A stretch of DNA of 63,472 nt, filler included, from Ministeria vibrans ATCC 50519 (GCA_943704425.1; 3 parts of 3 records of this genome joined end to end with filler, not necessarily neighbours in it), one strand, 5' to 3'. Counted from the whole stretch's first letter, positions 17,647 through 41,334 are shown. Translations and numbers: made by a program. Notes: generated by a model not told the origin, from the sequence alone.

Positions 17647-20047
17647 TCAGAAGGAAGACGAAGTGACGGGAAAGGAGTCACGGGTCTCAATCTGCAAGAT
17701 GTCAAGGACAGTCCAAGCAAACTCACTGGCAATGCTACTAAGAGTGGCGCCGCCCGGAGACCTCATGAGACAGGCAATGCGATGCAGAATGGCTGCTTCG
17801 AGACGGTGGAGGAGAGGAGAGGCGGCAAAAGCAGCACCAAAGTTGGGAGGAAGAACCGGCGCAGTGTGAGGGTAGCCAGAGAGGATGGTCAATGTCACTT
17901 CGGGGATACTTATTAACCGATCAGCTGAGAAGAACAAGGGAGATATACGAGTGAGAGAGTGAGTGAGTGCGTGCGAGTGTGTATATATGAGCGAGTGCGT
18001 GCGAGTGTGTATATATGAGTGGGTGAGCGTGTGTGTGTGTGTATGAGCGAGTGTGTGTGTATGAGTGAGTGCGTGCGAGTGTGTGTGTGTGTGTATGCGT
18101 TAGGCATTTCTAGAGATGTATATGAATGCTTTTTCTTTCGTACGGTTCGTGGTGAGATGGACTAGAACAACGTGTGGCAGGTCTGGGTCGACCTCAACGC
18201 GTGCGATAATGTGATAGTTGACTTCGGGTGAGCGTGCAAGTTCATCTTCGACGAGGGCGACAAGGGAGTTGTGTGTAGAGTCATTGTCGGCCGTCGTAGA
18301 AATAGTCGTGGTGCGGGCGCGTTTGGAGGCCGGAGGGGAGGCAGAGTCGGAGGGTGGCGTGAGGGCGTTGGAGGAGGGAGAGGGAGTAGGGCCATCGGAG
18401 ATGCCCGTGTCATACCAGAAGCGCTTGTGAGAAGGCGAAGACGGTTGAAGTGTTGAACTCGCACTTGCCGTAGCAGAGGAAGCAGTAATCGTAGAGGTGG
18501 CAGCAGTAGTGGTATTGGTGCTGTTTGTGGCGGGGGAGGGTGTCACTAAGGGAGAGGGTTGTTGCTGGTGGGGAGTGGTGGCGGGTGAGGGCCCATTGAC
18601 ACCACTTGCGCCGTGATCGTTGGCGCCCATCCATGCCGCGTACTGGTCGCGCCACGCGCCTGGCTCGCTGCTGTCGTTGGTGACTGCAGAAGTAGCATTG
18701 GTAATTTTACGAGTGAGCGTTTCGCGGAGTGCGTCGACACGACGTTGTTCTTCGGGATCAATAATGGGCATAGGAGGGGTTGCAGTGACGGTGGCTGTGG
18801 CGGCGCCGGGCGGTGGGGCAGCAGCAGCAGCTACTGCTGCTCGGGGTGTTGTCACCGCGGCCGCAGAGTCGCTTGGAGTCACACCCGTTGGTGCTATTGG
18901 GGTTGTCGCAGATGGACTTGCGTTGGCAGCACCGGTCATCCGCTTGTATAGACTATCAAGGAATGGCTAGAAGGTGCGCAACGTCAGCATACTTTTGCTT
19001 CTTGACACTTCACTGTGAAACACCTTACCTCCACTTTTGTCAGGAAAACAAGCGTCTTTTGGGTGACGTCGGCGGGGGCTGTGAGCAGAAGATTGAGAAT
19101 CTTTTGTGTCTTGTCTGACGGTTTCCCTTCAAGTTGTTGCTTGCGCAGTGTTTCTTCAAGCATGTCTCGATACTTTCCACGCATGCGTAACAACTAAGCA
19201 CGAGCGCACACACAGACACACACAGAGAGAAAGAGAACAAGAGGGCGAGAGAGCGAGAGAGGAGAGAAGGGGCAAAGTGAGAAATGGGGAGTATATATAA
19301 TTGGACGGGAGTGTGTTGGACTGTACCTTCTGCTGCGCTTCGCCCATGTCGAAGGCGGGTGCAGTGCTTGCGGGCGCAGCTGGGGCGCTTGCAACGGCCG
19401 GGGGAGGGGGCACGGGCGCGGCAGGCGCTGGAGGAGGTGCTTGTGCCACTGTGGCAGGAGCGGCGGCAGCGGTAGCGGCCGCTGGAGCTGTTTGGCCTCG
19501 TTTTGCTGCAGCAGAAGGAAAAGAGATGAGGACAGGATCGGTGACGGCAAGTGGTGGAAGTGCGACCACATCGGGCGTTAATAGATTGGGAGGCGTACGT
19601 CCNNNNNNNNNNAAAAAAAAAAAGACGAAAAAAAAAAAAAGGAAGTGTCGACCGAAAAATGAAACGAAAGGGGCTGGGAGTTTGGGAGGTTCAGGGGGGG
19701 TTGGAAACGGTCTATAGCAGGGTGAGGAAGCAAGGGGAGTGGATGGGAAGGCTTACCGGCCTCAGCTTTGATGAGAATGTTTCGTAGGTCGGAGTGAAGG
19801 CCTTGCTTGAACTGTTCCTACGCAGCAGAGGGGGCGGAGAGGCGCCAGGGAAGGTCAGGACAAAGAGGCGGGGGAAGGCCAGGGAAGGGGAGGCTCTTAC
19901 GGCGGTCTCGGCGTGCTTCATCCATTTGTCGATGATGGAGCGCGCAAAGAGCGTTGCGCGATGCGATACGATTCCGGCGCTCTCCAGCCGTCGGACGATC
20001 CCGCTCGTCATCATCTCCACATTGGCGGCGGGGAAGTTGACCGGCAT
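17647..20047 (-). CDS. MED15: Mediator subunit 15-like (KIX-like N-terminus, low-complexity linker, MED15 C-terminal domain); small N gap in an intron
   Basis: Middle helix KYRDMLEETL...KILNLL. C-terminal LVEDELAR, SIPEVTLTILSGYPHTAP, ASPLLHRL and TLSSIASEFAWTV resemble the animal MED15 C-terminus. Confidence 0.65.
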
Positions 20048-20222
20048 GCTCGCTCGCAGCAGTCGACAGGAATAAGCTTAGGCGAAGTGTGTGAGGAAGA
20101 AGAAGCAAAATAGAAGTGAAAAGTTCATAGTCGAATAAATAAGTCGATCAAGTCGAATTATGTAATATCTGGTCGTATTGTAATCAGGATCGCGTATTTG
20201 AGAAGAATGATCAAAGAATGAA

Positions 20223-21431
20223 TCACAGGTGATTTTTATTATCATAGGCACTTGGAGGGGGCACAATGCTTGAAGGGAGCTCCTCCAGACTCGGCTTAGG
20301 ACGGTACATGTAGCTCCAATTCTTGCGCTTACTGACACTCGCCTCGAGCTCGGCCATATACTCACGTCTGGATAGTACCATGTAGATTGTAGAAAGGAGG
20401 TAATAGAAGAGTGATGAAGATAATGAGACATAAAATAAATAACATAAAAATCGAAGCTAGGTTTGTTTTGTTGTGGGTACCGTCTTCGGATGTGCTCCTC
20501 AGGCGAGCCGGCCATCTTTCTAAATAGTTGTCCAATCGGCGAGTTCTCGCGGGCGTCCATCTCGGCCCACTCGTTGAACTCTGCGTCGTCGTCATCGTCG
20601 TCCGCTGTCTCGTGCATCTTTTCATAGGGGTAGTTGACGTGCGGGTTGGCAAAGGGAGTGTTGTCACCCCACGGGAAGGACTTGCGGCGGATGTGGAGGT
20701 GCTCGTACTCCCCGTATTTGGGCTACAAGAAAAAAATAACACACAAGGAGAGCAAAACAGCATAAGGCAAGTAAGACAGTTCAGACAACAGATGTGCTCT
20801 CTCTTCTCATTCTGTCTCTTTAAGTCTCTCTTAATATATAAATATATCTCTCTGTCTGTCTCTCTCCTCCAAATAAGAGATTGCACAGGACATCATGCCC
20901 GGCCCGTGACGATGGTATCGGGGTGATATCGTACGAGTGAGAGTCAAATGCAGAAAAAAAAAAAAAAAAAAAAAANNNNNNNNNNGTGTGGTGACAGGGA
21001 GCAGAGTGCGGCGGAGACGCTCAGAGAGTGTCACGAGTAAAACAGAAAACGAATTTTTGTGTCTTACGTCGTGATCAGAATGCGGCTCTTCGTCGCGGTA
21101 GACCTTGTAGCCCACTAAAAGAGTCGCTGGCAAGGCAAAGAAGAAGGAAATTCTGCAGGTGGAAGTGACGAGAGAGGAGAGAGAAAAAGACAAAAAAAAG
21201 TTGGATTGGAAGGAGAGGAAAGAAAAGGAAAGGGAGCGCATGAGAGATGCTGCGAAGGGTGCAGGGCCGCAATGGGGGCTACCTCTTCCATGTCAGATAC
21301 GTAGATTGAGCGTGCTTCATCTCTTCCTCCCATTCTTGGAACAGTTTTGATTTGCCCGACATTTGTCTTCTGGCCGGTCTCAATGCCGCGCTGGCACCCA
21401 ATCTCGTCGACGAGCGGATCACTTTCAGCAT
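20223..21431 (-). CDS. COX6A: Cytochrome c oxidase subunit 6A with mitochondrial presequence and ~90-aa C-terminal extension
   Basis: MLKVIRSSTRL presequence; HAQSTYLTWKR|ISFFFALP TM helix; YEHLHIRRKSFPWGDNTPFANPHVN signature. The ORF continues through a further exon to TGA at 20223-20225. Confidence 0.88.
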
Positions 21432-21598
21432 CTCAAATGATTTTCAGAAAGGAATGACTTGAAAATTTTAAATTAGGAATAAATGAAGTCGAAAAGTTTA
21501 CTCAAAAAAGTTCACTTATTTGTACCTTTGTCATCACATTGAACAACACTTCAACAGTCAAAAGTCATCCAATCTTTCATTTTTTTCATATATATATC

Positions 21599-24576
<2,978 letters not shown>

Positions 24577-24669
24577 CAAAGTACACACGCTACATACTAC
24601 ACACACGCTGGAAAATAATCACCATAGCAAACCAAAAAGGCACTACTTTATATTTTAAAGAACTCAAAT

Positions 24670-26590
24670 TTACAGGTTTGTGGAATAAGTTGAAAGGAAC
24701 TGGTCAAGACTCTGGTGGATCTCGGTCGCAGTGCTGCTCATCTACAACACAAAAACAAAACAAATCACGTCAGAGAGAGAAAACTTCAATGCAAAAAAAA
24801 AACAATTATACCCTTTTGACAGATTGGATGGTTGTGAGGGCTGCTGAGACGTCATCGGAGAGGACAGCAATGTCGGCCTCCATGCTCTCGCGCGTCTCGT
24901 TCACACCAAGGCGCAGGTACTCAAGCACCGATGCCATGTCGCGACGCAAGCCACCTGCAATAAGGGCGCCTGTGGAGGCTGCACTGCGTTCCAGCACCAC
25001 TCGTGCATGCTCGCTGAACTGCTGCTTGAGTCGCCGTTCGCGTGCCCCCTGAGTGTACATGAGACGCTCACCGCCATACAGAATCGCATACACACCCACC
25101 ACACATGCAGCAAGACGCCACACAGCCGGACGTGCAATCAACGACAGCCCCACAGCAACTAACGCAGACGGGTACGGTCGACTCTGCAGCGACCCAAGTA
25201 CATTGTCAAGGTGTTGCGATGTGACGTTGTTCTTCTTGCCCGACGTCTTTTTCTTCTTCTTCTTCTTGTCGCTGTCAGTGTCTTCCTCCTTCTCCCCTTT
25301 ATCACTTGCATCACCCTCTCCTTCCTCCTCCTCCTCTTCCTCCTCCTCATCATCATCATCTTGGCCTTCTCCCCCCTTTCCCTTCGTCTCCCACGGCCAC
25401 GACCATGGCCCAAAGACCAACCGCATCACACCAAATGACGATGCACCCAACAGTAGCGGCACAAGATTGTGCAGCCCAAGCGTAAACCGAAACTTCAAGT
25501 CAGGTTCAAATCTAAAAGAAACAAAGATATTAATTTATGTCCGGTTCAATCAATTGCTCGCGGAAATTCATTCTTTACCCATCGGTGAGCACAGCACAAC
25601 AATCAGGGGTAAAGTCGACCTGGGGAGAATCGCGGATAAAACTCTCAATGTCCATGGTAAAGGACTCGGCAGCAGTGCCCGGAACGCCACAGGGCAGACT
25701 GGCGGAGCGCGAGATATCCTGCAGCAGAGGGGGGCGGCGCTGTGGGGAGGACTCACTGGGAATGGTAGCGGGTGGTGGAGAAGAGGAGCCGGTGATCCGT
25801 TTGTTGTTGTTGTTGTTGCTTTGGTCGTTTTCGATGTGTGGCAAAGAGTCAATGTCGAGCGCAGTGCGGATGCGCTGGACAATGCGCTTTTTGGTGGCGG
25901 CCGATTCGGACTGGAGCTGGCGAGCGAGCGAGGTGCGCAAACTGAGGCGGAGCGTCTCGGTGAGATGGACGTTAAGCAGACGCACATAAGTGCGCGACGC
26001 AGTGTCACGGCCATTGCCCAGCTTGAGACGATAGCCGGTTGCGGGCGCAACAAACGACGAGATGGCACGCGAAATAACATCTGCAAAGCGAGGCGCACGC
26101 AACACCGACGTGACGGTGCGCGTCATGTTCTCACTCACTGTGGCCACATCACCGGCACACTCATCAAGCACAGACTGTGCCTCACTGCGCACCTTGTCCA
26201 GACGCGCCCGGTTCGCTGCAAGTGTCAGCTGATCGCGACCTAACTCGCGCTCACATCGTTCTTGTTCACGCCCTAGTGTCGCAAGGAGTGAGTCGGCAAT
26301 GCCACGCGCACGCACCACACGATGTTCAAAGCGCGTCTGCAAGGCCGTCGACGAAATACACTCTTCAAACGTCTTCTCAAAGCGCGCAAAATCATCAAAC
26401 CGCTCGCGACGCACTCCTTCCTCGATGGAACTCACAGCCTCGCCAGACGCACGTTGACGCAGCACTTCACGCGAACTCACAAAGAACACGCGGTCGTTTA
26501 CTTCATCATGGGTCACAACCTAAAGAAAGGTACAGGAACAGAGAGGAAGAGAAAAAAAGAAAGTGATAAAGAAGAGAGAGAAAGAAAGAA

Positions 26591-26640
<50 letters not shown>

Positions 26641-28000
26641 AGAAGAAGAAGAAGAAGAAAAGAAGAAGAAGAAAAAAGAAGAAGAAAAGAAGAAGAAAAG
26701 AAGAAGAAAAAGAAGAAGAATAAGATAAGAGAAGAATAAGATGAATTGTGACTGTGTGTGTGCTCACTTGAAGTTGGTCAGCGAGAAATTTTGCAGCATT
26801 GTCAAAGTGTTGTTTCTTGACGGCACGCATGGTTTCCTCGTCCATATCACCGTCAGACGCATCCCATCGGTTATTCAGTACAAATACATTGGGTTTCGCG
26901 AGTTTCTGACTGACTCGCTCAAAGAACAAGCGCTCCTAAACAACAAGACAGAGAAAAACGTACGGTTTGTTTTGTGTGTGTCTGTGCGTGTCTGTGTGTT
27001 TTTCTGACTGTTTTTTTGAGTGTCGCTTCGGCATTGGCCACGAGCACAAACACATCGGCGTCCATACAGTGATGATCAATCCATGTGTCGACGTTGGTGC
27101 TCAGGTCAAGACCGGGACTGTCAAAGAGCCTAAAGACGCACAAACGAACCGTTTGCATCTTTTCATCATTGCGAAATTATTCGAACCTGACATCGTCGCC
27201 CAAGAGACGACATTGAGAAGAGGGCCAGAAGACGCGGATGAGACCGTCGTCGTCGACGCCGTTGGGCGAGAGGGCGTTGGCGAAACGCTTGATGTCGTCG
27301 ACGGGCAGACGGTCACCCGAGGGTGTCACCACATAGGGCGTGCCGTCGGAGCAGGCCTCCACACTGACAAAGCAGCTGGTGGTGTGTCCCCAGCCCGACG
27401 GGAGCACCATGTTGCCCAGCATGGCGTTGATCGTGGTCGACTTCCCATTGCTCGTCTGCCCCACAAACACTACTTTCATAAACTCGCGCGACAGCACGTC
27501 TTTCAGCCCACGAACCTGCTCGCCATGCTGCACACACACACACCAGGAAGAGAATCACATACACACCGTAAGCTGTCTCATTTGCATTGCGTCACGAATG
27601 AGAAAAAAAAAAAAAGATCAGAAGTCGAGCACGAAAAANNNNNNNNNNTTTCACACACACAATTTTTCTTTCTATTCCGACCTCTGTTTCAAAAAAAAAA
27701 GGGGATATGACAAAAAAAGAGACGAAACGTTACTTCTCGGAGTTGTTTCAACATACGACCAGCGGGGGTCATGGGCAAGGCTTCCTCAGAGGGGTCGAGG
27801 GAGTCGGGAGCCAGCAGGGTCTTCACGTCGTGGATGAGAGAGGAAAGTGAGCTGAGCACAGACAGAACATGATCTTTGCCGACGCGAAAGCGTTTCAGCG
27901 CAGGCGACGACGACGACGCTGCCATCAGCGCCTCCGCCGATCCCTCGTCCATCCCCGACGCAGTATGATGCCCCACAGACGATCGCGTTTCGGGGTGCAT
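24670..28000 (-). CDS. MFN: Mitofusin (animal-type MFN/Marf GTPase)
   Basis: [60 protein letters not shown] segment then [18 protein letters not shown]. Confidence 0.93.
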
Positions 28001-28308
28001 TCAGAGAAATTTTGTGAATTGGATAAATTTGGATTTGACTTTTGAGAAATGGGATTTGAAACGAATAAGTTTTAAGTCGAGTGAAACTCAATCCCAAACT
28101 GTGTTTCAATTAGGAAGCTTAATATCAACCTTTTTCGCCTTCCACGCGCAAAATAACCCCCCTATATTGACCCCAACACGCAAAAATAGTATCAAAAAGT
28201 TAGTCTTGAGCGCAACTTTTTGAAAAATTCAGATAGTCACAATTCAGATCGTGATTTGTCATTTGACCGATCACATTTCACAAATTAGCAATTACAAACA
28301 TTTCATAT

Positions 28309-29024
28309 ATGCTGAGGTTACTCTCTGTGAGGATACCTACCCCGACTCTGGCGGGTGGCGCCAACCGTGCAGTGCTTGCGGCTGCGCTGCACGCAACGCC
28401 GCAAGCACTCATTCCGAAAAAGAAACCTCCGTCAATGAAGCGAATTCGCAAGAGCCGCATCGCGCGAATTGCCCACCAGATGGGAAAACGCAAGCGCGTC
28501 TTCGTCCCCCCAAGACCAGCCGCCGAGATTGACTAGTGCGCTCTCTTTACGAGTCACTTTTTCCGTTTTTCGCTCATTCTCTCTCTCTTTCTCCTTCTCT
28601 CTGCACCCCACACAGCTCCATGATCACCAACGAACACCTGCGCCTCACCCAAGACTTCTTCTCCGAAGACTTGCCCGAGAAGGTGCAGAATACCGTCCGA
28701 TGGGAAAGTGACACACTGACTTGCTGACTTGATCTCGGTCTGTCGCTCTAGAAACCCGTTCCGAGACCAGTGGCCGACGCCCGTTTCCTGCAAGTGCGAC
28801 GATGGAACACACTGTCACGTCTTCGCACCATCGCCGTGATGAAGGCACAGGCTGCAATGCACGAATCAAAGGATGAGGCGCTTGAAGCACTTGCCGCACT
28901 CTCACCCCAACTCCACCACATTGCCGTGAACGAACCCGATCCACCGCCGCCCTTGAACATTTTCCCGCCTACCGACACTCCGCCGATTCCGGGGTATGAA
29001 CCGCCAGAAGAGAACATTTGTTGA
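28309..29024 (+). CDS. MRPL40: Mitochondrial ribosomal protein mL40-like, 3 exons
   Basis: Presequence-like N-terminus; C-terminal EALEALAALSPQLHHIAV...PTDTPPIPGYEPP. Confidence 0.7.
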
Positions 29025-29063
29025 GATACTGTGAAAGACGTATTATTTTTTTTCGACTGCTGT

Positions 29064-30364
29064 TTACTCAATTTCATAAATCACAGTTTGTTGTGCTGTC
29101 AAGGTGACTGTTCGGGGCAAAGGTGCCTTGGGAGAGTTGCGAAGAATGAGATTACGTGCGTTGCGGCCCACAAGAGCAGCGGGGACGTCAAAGGAGAGCG
29201 ACGAAGGTGTCACGCCTGAGTGCATCGCAACGAGGAGGTCGCCATACACAAAGGCATAGATGACACGCAGATTGTTCTTGTTGTTGCTGCTGTGAGTGGT
29301 GGGGAGCATGAGAACGTTGGCAACGCGGCCGAGGGAACGAGAAGGGGTGAGGTCGTAGAGATGGACGCGGGCCAGGTCGTTGAGGATGGCGGTGGTGGTG
29401 GAGCGAGAGTGGGAGCCCGGCGCGAACTCGTGGCGCCACTGAAGCGCACCGTAGAGCACGGTGTGGTTGCGCTTGACAATGATGTTGGTGGCAGTGGCAT
29501 CGCCAAAAGCAAAGTCGTCTGTGGCGGCGGTGGGCAAAGGGGACGTCTCGGGGGCAAGAGCAAGCAGGGAGGGCAGTGCCTCGAGCAGCTGAGCCTGGTC
29601 GGCGGCACGGTCGGGGAAATGAGCGCTGTTGGGAGGCGGAAGAAGATCTGTCATGATAAACGCATGGTCGAGCATAAGAGTGAGCAGACGACGGGCAGAG
29701 ACGCTGTGATGGAAGGAGGCCAGGGAGGCCAGTTGAGGGTAGCCATAGGATCGTGTGCCGGGCAGTCCGTTGTTGCGCCACGTGATGGCGTTCTCCTTGC
29801 GCACACAGGGTACACGGACCACCTCGGAGGCATTGCGGCTAGTCCCAACGACACGACACGAGTCCACCATGCGAAACATATCAAAGGTGTCCTCAACGGC
29901 CCGCACACGCGACACAATGTCACTTGCACCGCCCACCAGCTCGGCGATGGCACTTGTCTTGTCCATCACTTCGCCATAGCCCGCACTGTATCCGCCGTTG
30001 AGCCAACCATTGGGCTCCATGCTGATCCCACTGGGCGACACCCATCGATTGAATTCAAAGTTGGGCGCAGTGGCAAGCCCCAGTGCCTCGCGTGCGTGCG
30101 CAAGACGCTTCTCCGCGCTCCAACTGTGCCCACACAGTAGCGCAGTCGCATTGTCTGCGCTTAAAGCGGCCGCCACGTCAATCTGGTCCTGGTTGGGCGC
30201 ATGTCCACGTCCCACCGACGACATAAGGTACTCTTTGCTCTTGGTGAACAGCGTGCAGTAGGCGACCGTGCGCGTCACATTAGGTGTGTGCGGGTTGTCA
30301 TCCGAGTCCACTGTTTGCTCAAGCAATCCTGTGCGCTTCAGCTCAGAGTACACACGTAGAAACC
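29064..30364 (-). CDS. Intronless protein of unknown function (5' truncated by gap), bacterial-like
   Basis: 429-aa uninterrupted ORF with natural composition; motifs GYSAGYGEV, ENAITWRN, LYGALQWR, NDLARVH, YGDLLVAM. Confidence 0.75.
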
Positions 30365-30464
30365 NNNNNNNNNNNNNNNNNNNNNNNNNNNNNNNNNNNN
30401 NNNNNNNNTTAATTAATTAANNNNNNNNNNNNNNNNNNNNNNNNNNNNNNNNNNNNNNNNNNNN
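30365..30464. other. Artificial 100-nt scaffold linker (N44-TTAATTAATTAA-N44)
   Basis: All-frame stop spacer inside Ns; coding sequence is cut on both sides. Confidence 0.95.
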
Positions 30465-38090
<7,626 letters not shown>

Positions 38091-38461
38091 GTTGAGTCGA
38101 CGCTTGAGCTTAGACAGAGAGGGAGAAAAAAAATGAATACAAAATTGAAAATATGCTGAATATTGAATAACAATTGTTACTAAAGAAGTTAGCGATGAGT
38201 TTGAGTCGGTCAGAGAATGCAGTAAAGAATTAGAAGCAGAAAGAGAAATTCAATGCTTCCGTAGTTGTCACCAACTCCAAACAGATATGGCGTTCAAAGT
38301 TTCGGTGTAAAAAATAGCGAGCATACGAATTATTAGTCCTTGGAGAATATTGCACGACACTTCCATGGTCGATGTTCATAGTATGGGCTGAAGAAATAAC
38401 GGAAGGCTGTATGTATTGTGAGAAAGAGACAGAGGAAAAGAGTCGAGGAAAAGAGACGCGT

Positions 38462-40088
38462 TTAAAAATCCTTGAAAATGTCTGCGAAAGAGGAAAAAAG
38501 AAAATTAATAAGTCTACAAGAGTGCATGCCGTGTGCAACAAAATGTACCTTCAAACGGATCGGTGCCTTCAGAGTTCCAGACAATTTGTTCCTCGTCGTA
38601 CTTGTCAAAGTTGCTGGCATCACCCTCGCCAGACACCTACAAGCAAGCAAACCACAAGTTATGCACGATGAATGGAAATTGACCTCTTGTTGTTGTACCT
38701 TGGGAATGTACGGGCTCTTGATTTGGAGACGGTAAAGCTTGTCAAAGTTGATGTCCTTGAAGAAGCGCTGTTGTTTGATGTCCTCGACGCCGCCCTTGAG
38801 GTTACCAAGACGTCGGGTGAGATCGGAAGTGAGGAAGCAGCGGATAATTTCCTTTTCGTCGTCCTTGAAGTGCGGTGGGAAGGCAAGAGCCCCGTCGACA
38901 ATCTTGCGATACATTTCCATCTGGTTAGGATCGTAGAAGGGTGCGTGTCCCGCGCGCATCTCATAAAGAAGAACACCTGAGAAACATTGTTAAAAAGTGT
39001 TCATACCTCCCACACTAATCACTTTCTCCAACTCTCTCTCTCTCTCTCTCTATCGCTTTGTTTCTCTCTCCTCTCCCTCTCTCTATCACTTTGTTTCTTT
39101 ATCCTCTCTCTCATTACTTTGTTTCTTTCTCCCTCCTTTCTCTCTTTTTATCACTTTGTTTCTTTCTTTCTCTATCATCTTGTTTCTTTCCCTTTCTCTC
39201 GTTTCTCTCTTTCGCTCGTATAGCATATAGAGTGCGTACCGAGAGCCCACCAGTCAACCGAATGCGCATAGCCTTTGGAGAGAATGATTTCCGGTGCAAG
39301 GTATTCCGGTGTGCCACAGAGTGTCCAGGTGCGGTCCGACACACGCTTGGCGAATCCAAAATCTGTAGAATTGAAATAATAAAAATATGAAAGCAGTTTC
39401 TTTCGTTGGAATACCAGTGATGCGAACATGGCCCTGGTTGTCGATAAGAAGGTTCTCGGGCTTGAGATCACGGTAGACAATGTCGAGATTGTGGAGGTAC
39501 TCAAAGCCCATAACCACTTCGGCCGCGAAGAACTTTGCAACGTCGTACGAGAAGTGACGGTTGCGGTGGATGTGCGTAAACATTTCACCGCCGTTGATGT
39601 ACTCGATCACAAAGTAGAGATTTTTCTTGTCTTGAAAGTATGTGTTGAGCTGCGTGCGTGAAGAGAATATAGAGAAGAGAGAATGAAAGTACGAAACAGA
39701 AAGAGTAGTTAGAGAGTGATGATATGGTACAATCATAAAACAAACACAAGAAGCGCCTTACGGAGATGACAAATGGACATTCGATGCAAGAGAGAATGTT
39801 TTTCTCGTTGGTGGTGTGCTCGACCTGCTTGAGCTTGATCACAATGGCCTTCTTGATGACCTTGATGGCGTAGTATTTCTCCGAGTCGTGCTCCTTGGTG
39901 AGCAGCACACGCCCAAACGAGCCTGTGCCAAGCGTGCGGAAAACGGTGTAGTCGTTGAGGGTGCGTTGCTTCTCGGGCACCCCCGAGTCGAGCAGTCGCT
40001 TGAGCTTGTCTTCAAAGAGAAGACGCTGGTGCTGCGCCGACACGGTCGACGAAGCCTTGCGGTAGGCGGAGCGCGACGATGAAGGCAC
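38462..40088 (-). CDS. PKA-C: cAMP-dependent protein kinase catalytic subunit
   Basis: [55 protein letters not shown]-terminal FKDF. Confidence 0.95.
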
Positions 40089-40157
40089 TGCATTATATAA
40101 AATAAAGAACGAAGGGGATCAAAAACTTCTGTCAGAAACACACGAATTTGTGAGTTA

Positions 40158-40490
40158 TTAATGATTACTTGACTCGTGAAGGCCTTCGAGCATCTTGAGA
40201 ATTTGGTTCTTCTTTGATGGGTCTTCTTCAAGTTGCTGAGAATACACAAAGAGTATTTAGACATGACTGTGGACAAACTATTATCACACTACACACAATC
40301 ATAAACATTCCTCTATTCCACACACACAAATATAATTATATATAAATTAATCATTTGCATTACCGACAGAATAGTCTGTAAAATCAGGTTCCAGTCTGTA
40401 AGAATGTCCTCGAAAGAGTCGGACTGTGCGACAATGAGATCCTGCAGAACATGATACACATTAGACAACCGCCCACACATTAGACACCCG

Positions 40491-40557
<67 letters not shown>

Positions 40558-41068
40558 GTACACACATACACATACCTTGTCAGCTTCGTAGCCCTTAAAG
40601 TGCACTCGGTACTGGTCCTTGGCGAGTTTTCCTATCCACAAACAATCAAACGCGTCAATGAGGCTCTGCGCGACACCCCCGCCGTCCCATACCCTTCAAG
40701 CGGTACACCACATTCCACGACTCCGGCGATGTCATCTTGAAGAAGGCGTTCTCGTACGTCTTGCCCTCCTTCTTCACCGTCTACGCAGGTCACAAACCAA
40801 AAGCCAAAGGTGAGAAAAAAGAGCCAAAAAAAGTACAACAGGTTTAAAAAATCCCGAAAAGGACACGTGTTCAAGGAATCGACAGGGATTCGGGCATCGT
40901 GGGTACACGAGATACACAGGGAGAGCGGACATTCGTTTAAAAAGCACAGTTGGAAAAAAAAAAGACGTTAAAAATCCTTCATGCCGTTGGGCACTCGATG
41001 TACCTGTCGCAGGGAGGAGTGTACGTGTGAGCGGGCATCGCTGGGGACGTACGGCTTGATGAGGACCA
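40158..41068 (-). CDS. Small (~105-120 aa) multi-exon protein of unknown function; first exon boundary uncertain
   Basis: Four phase-consistent GT-AG exons: TVKKEGKTYENAFFKMTSPESWNVVYRLK|GKLAKDQYRVHFKGYEADK|DLIVAQSDSFEDILTDWNLILQTILS|QLEEDPSKKNQILKMLEGLHESSNH*. Confidence 0.65.
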
Positions 41069-41281
41069 TTCTTTCTGCGAGTGAACAGAAAAAAAAAAAA
41101 AAAAAAANNNNNNNNNNNNNNNNNNNNNNNNNNNNNNNNNNNNNNNNNNNNNNNNNNNNNNNNNNNNNNNNNNNNNNNNNNNNNNNNNNNNNNNNNNNNN
41201 NNNNNNNNNNNNNNNNNNNNCCTTCCACTGTTCTCCCATGTTACCTCTAGAGTTTCGGTCGAGTTTGCAAGGCGGTCTGGC

Positions 41282-41334
41282 TGTGTCTTCGCGTGGTGAC
41301 TGTATCATTAATAAATGGGTTGTATTCTTCTTCT
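41282..41334 (+). mobile_element. Copy of the short dispersed element (putative retroelement 3' end; may extend 5' toward the gap)
   Basis: Shares 29 nt with 9338-9366 and 30 nt with 59403-59432; contains AATAAA followed by a (TTC)n tail. Confidence 0.6.

Noticed and set aside
30409-30420. TTAATTAATTAA palindrome (also 49011-49022)
   Set aside because: Artificial linker inside N gaps. Adjacency across these gaps is unreliable, so no spectrin/bacterial-ORF fusion is claimed.
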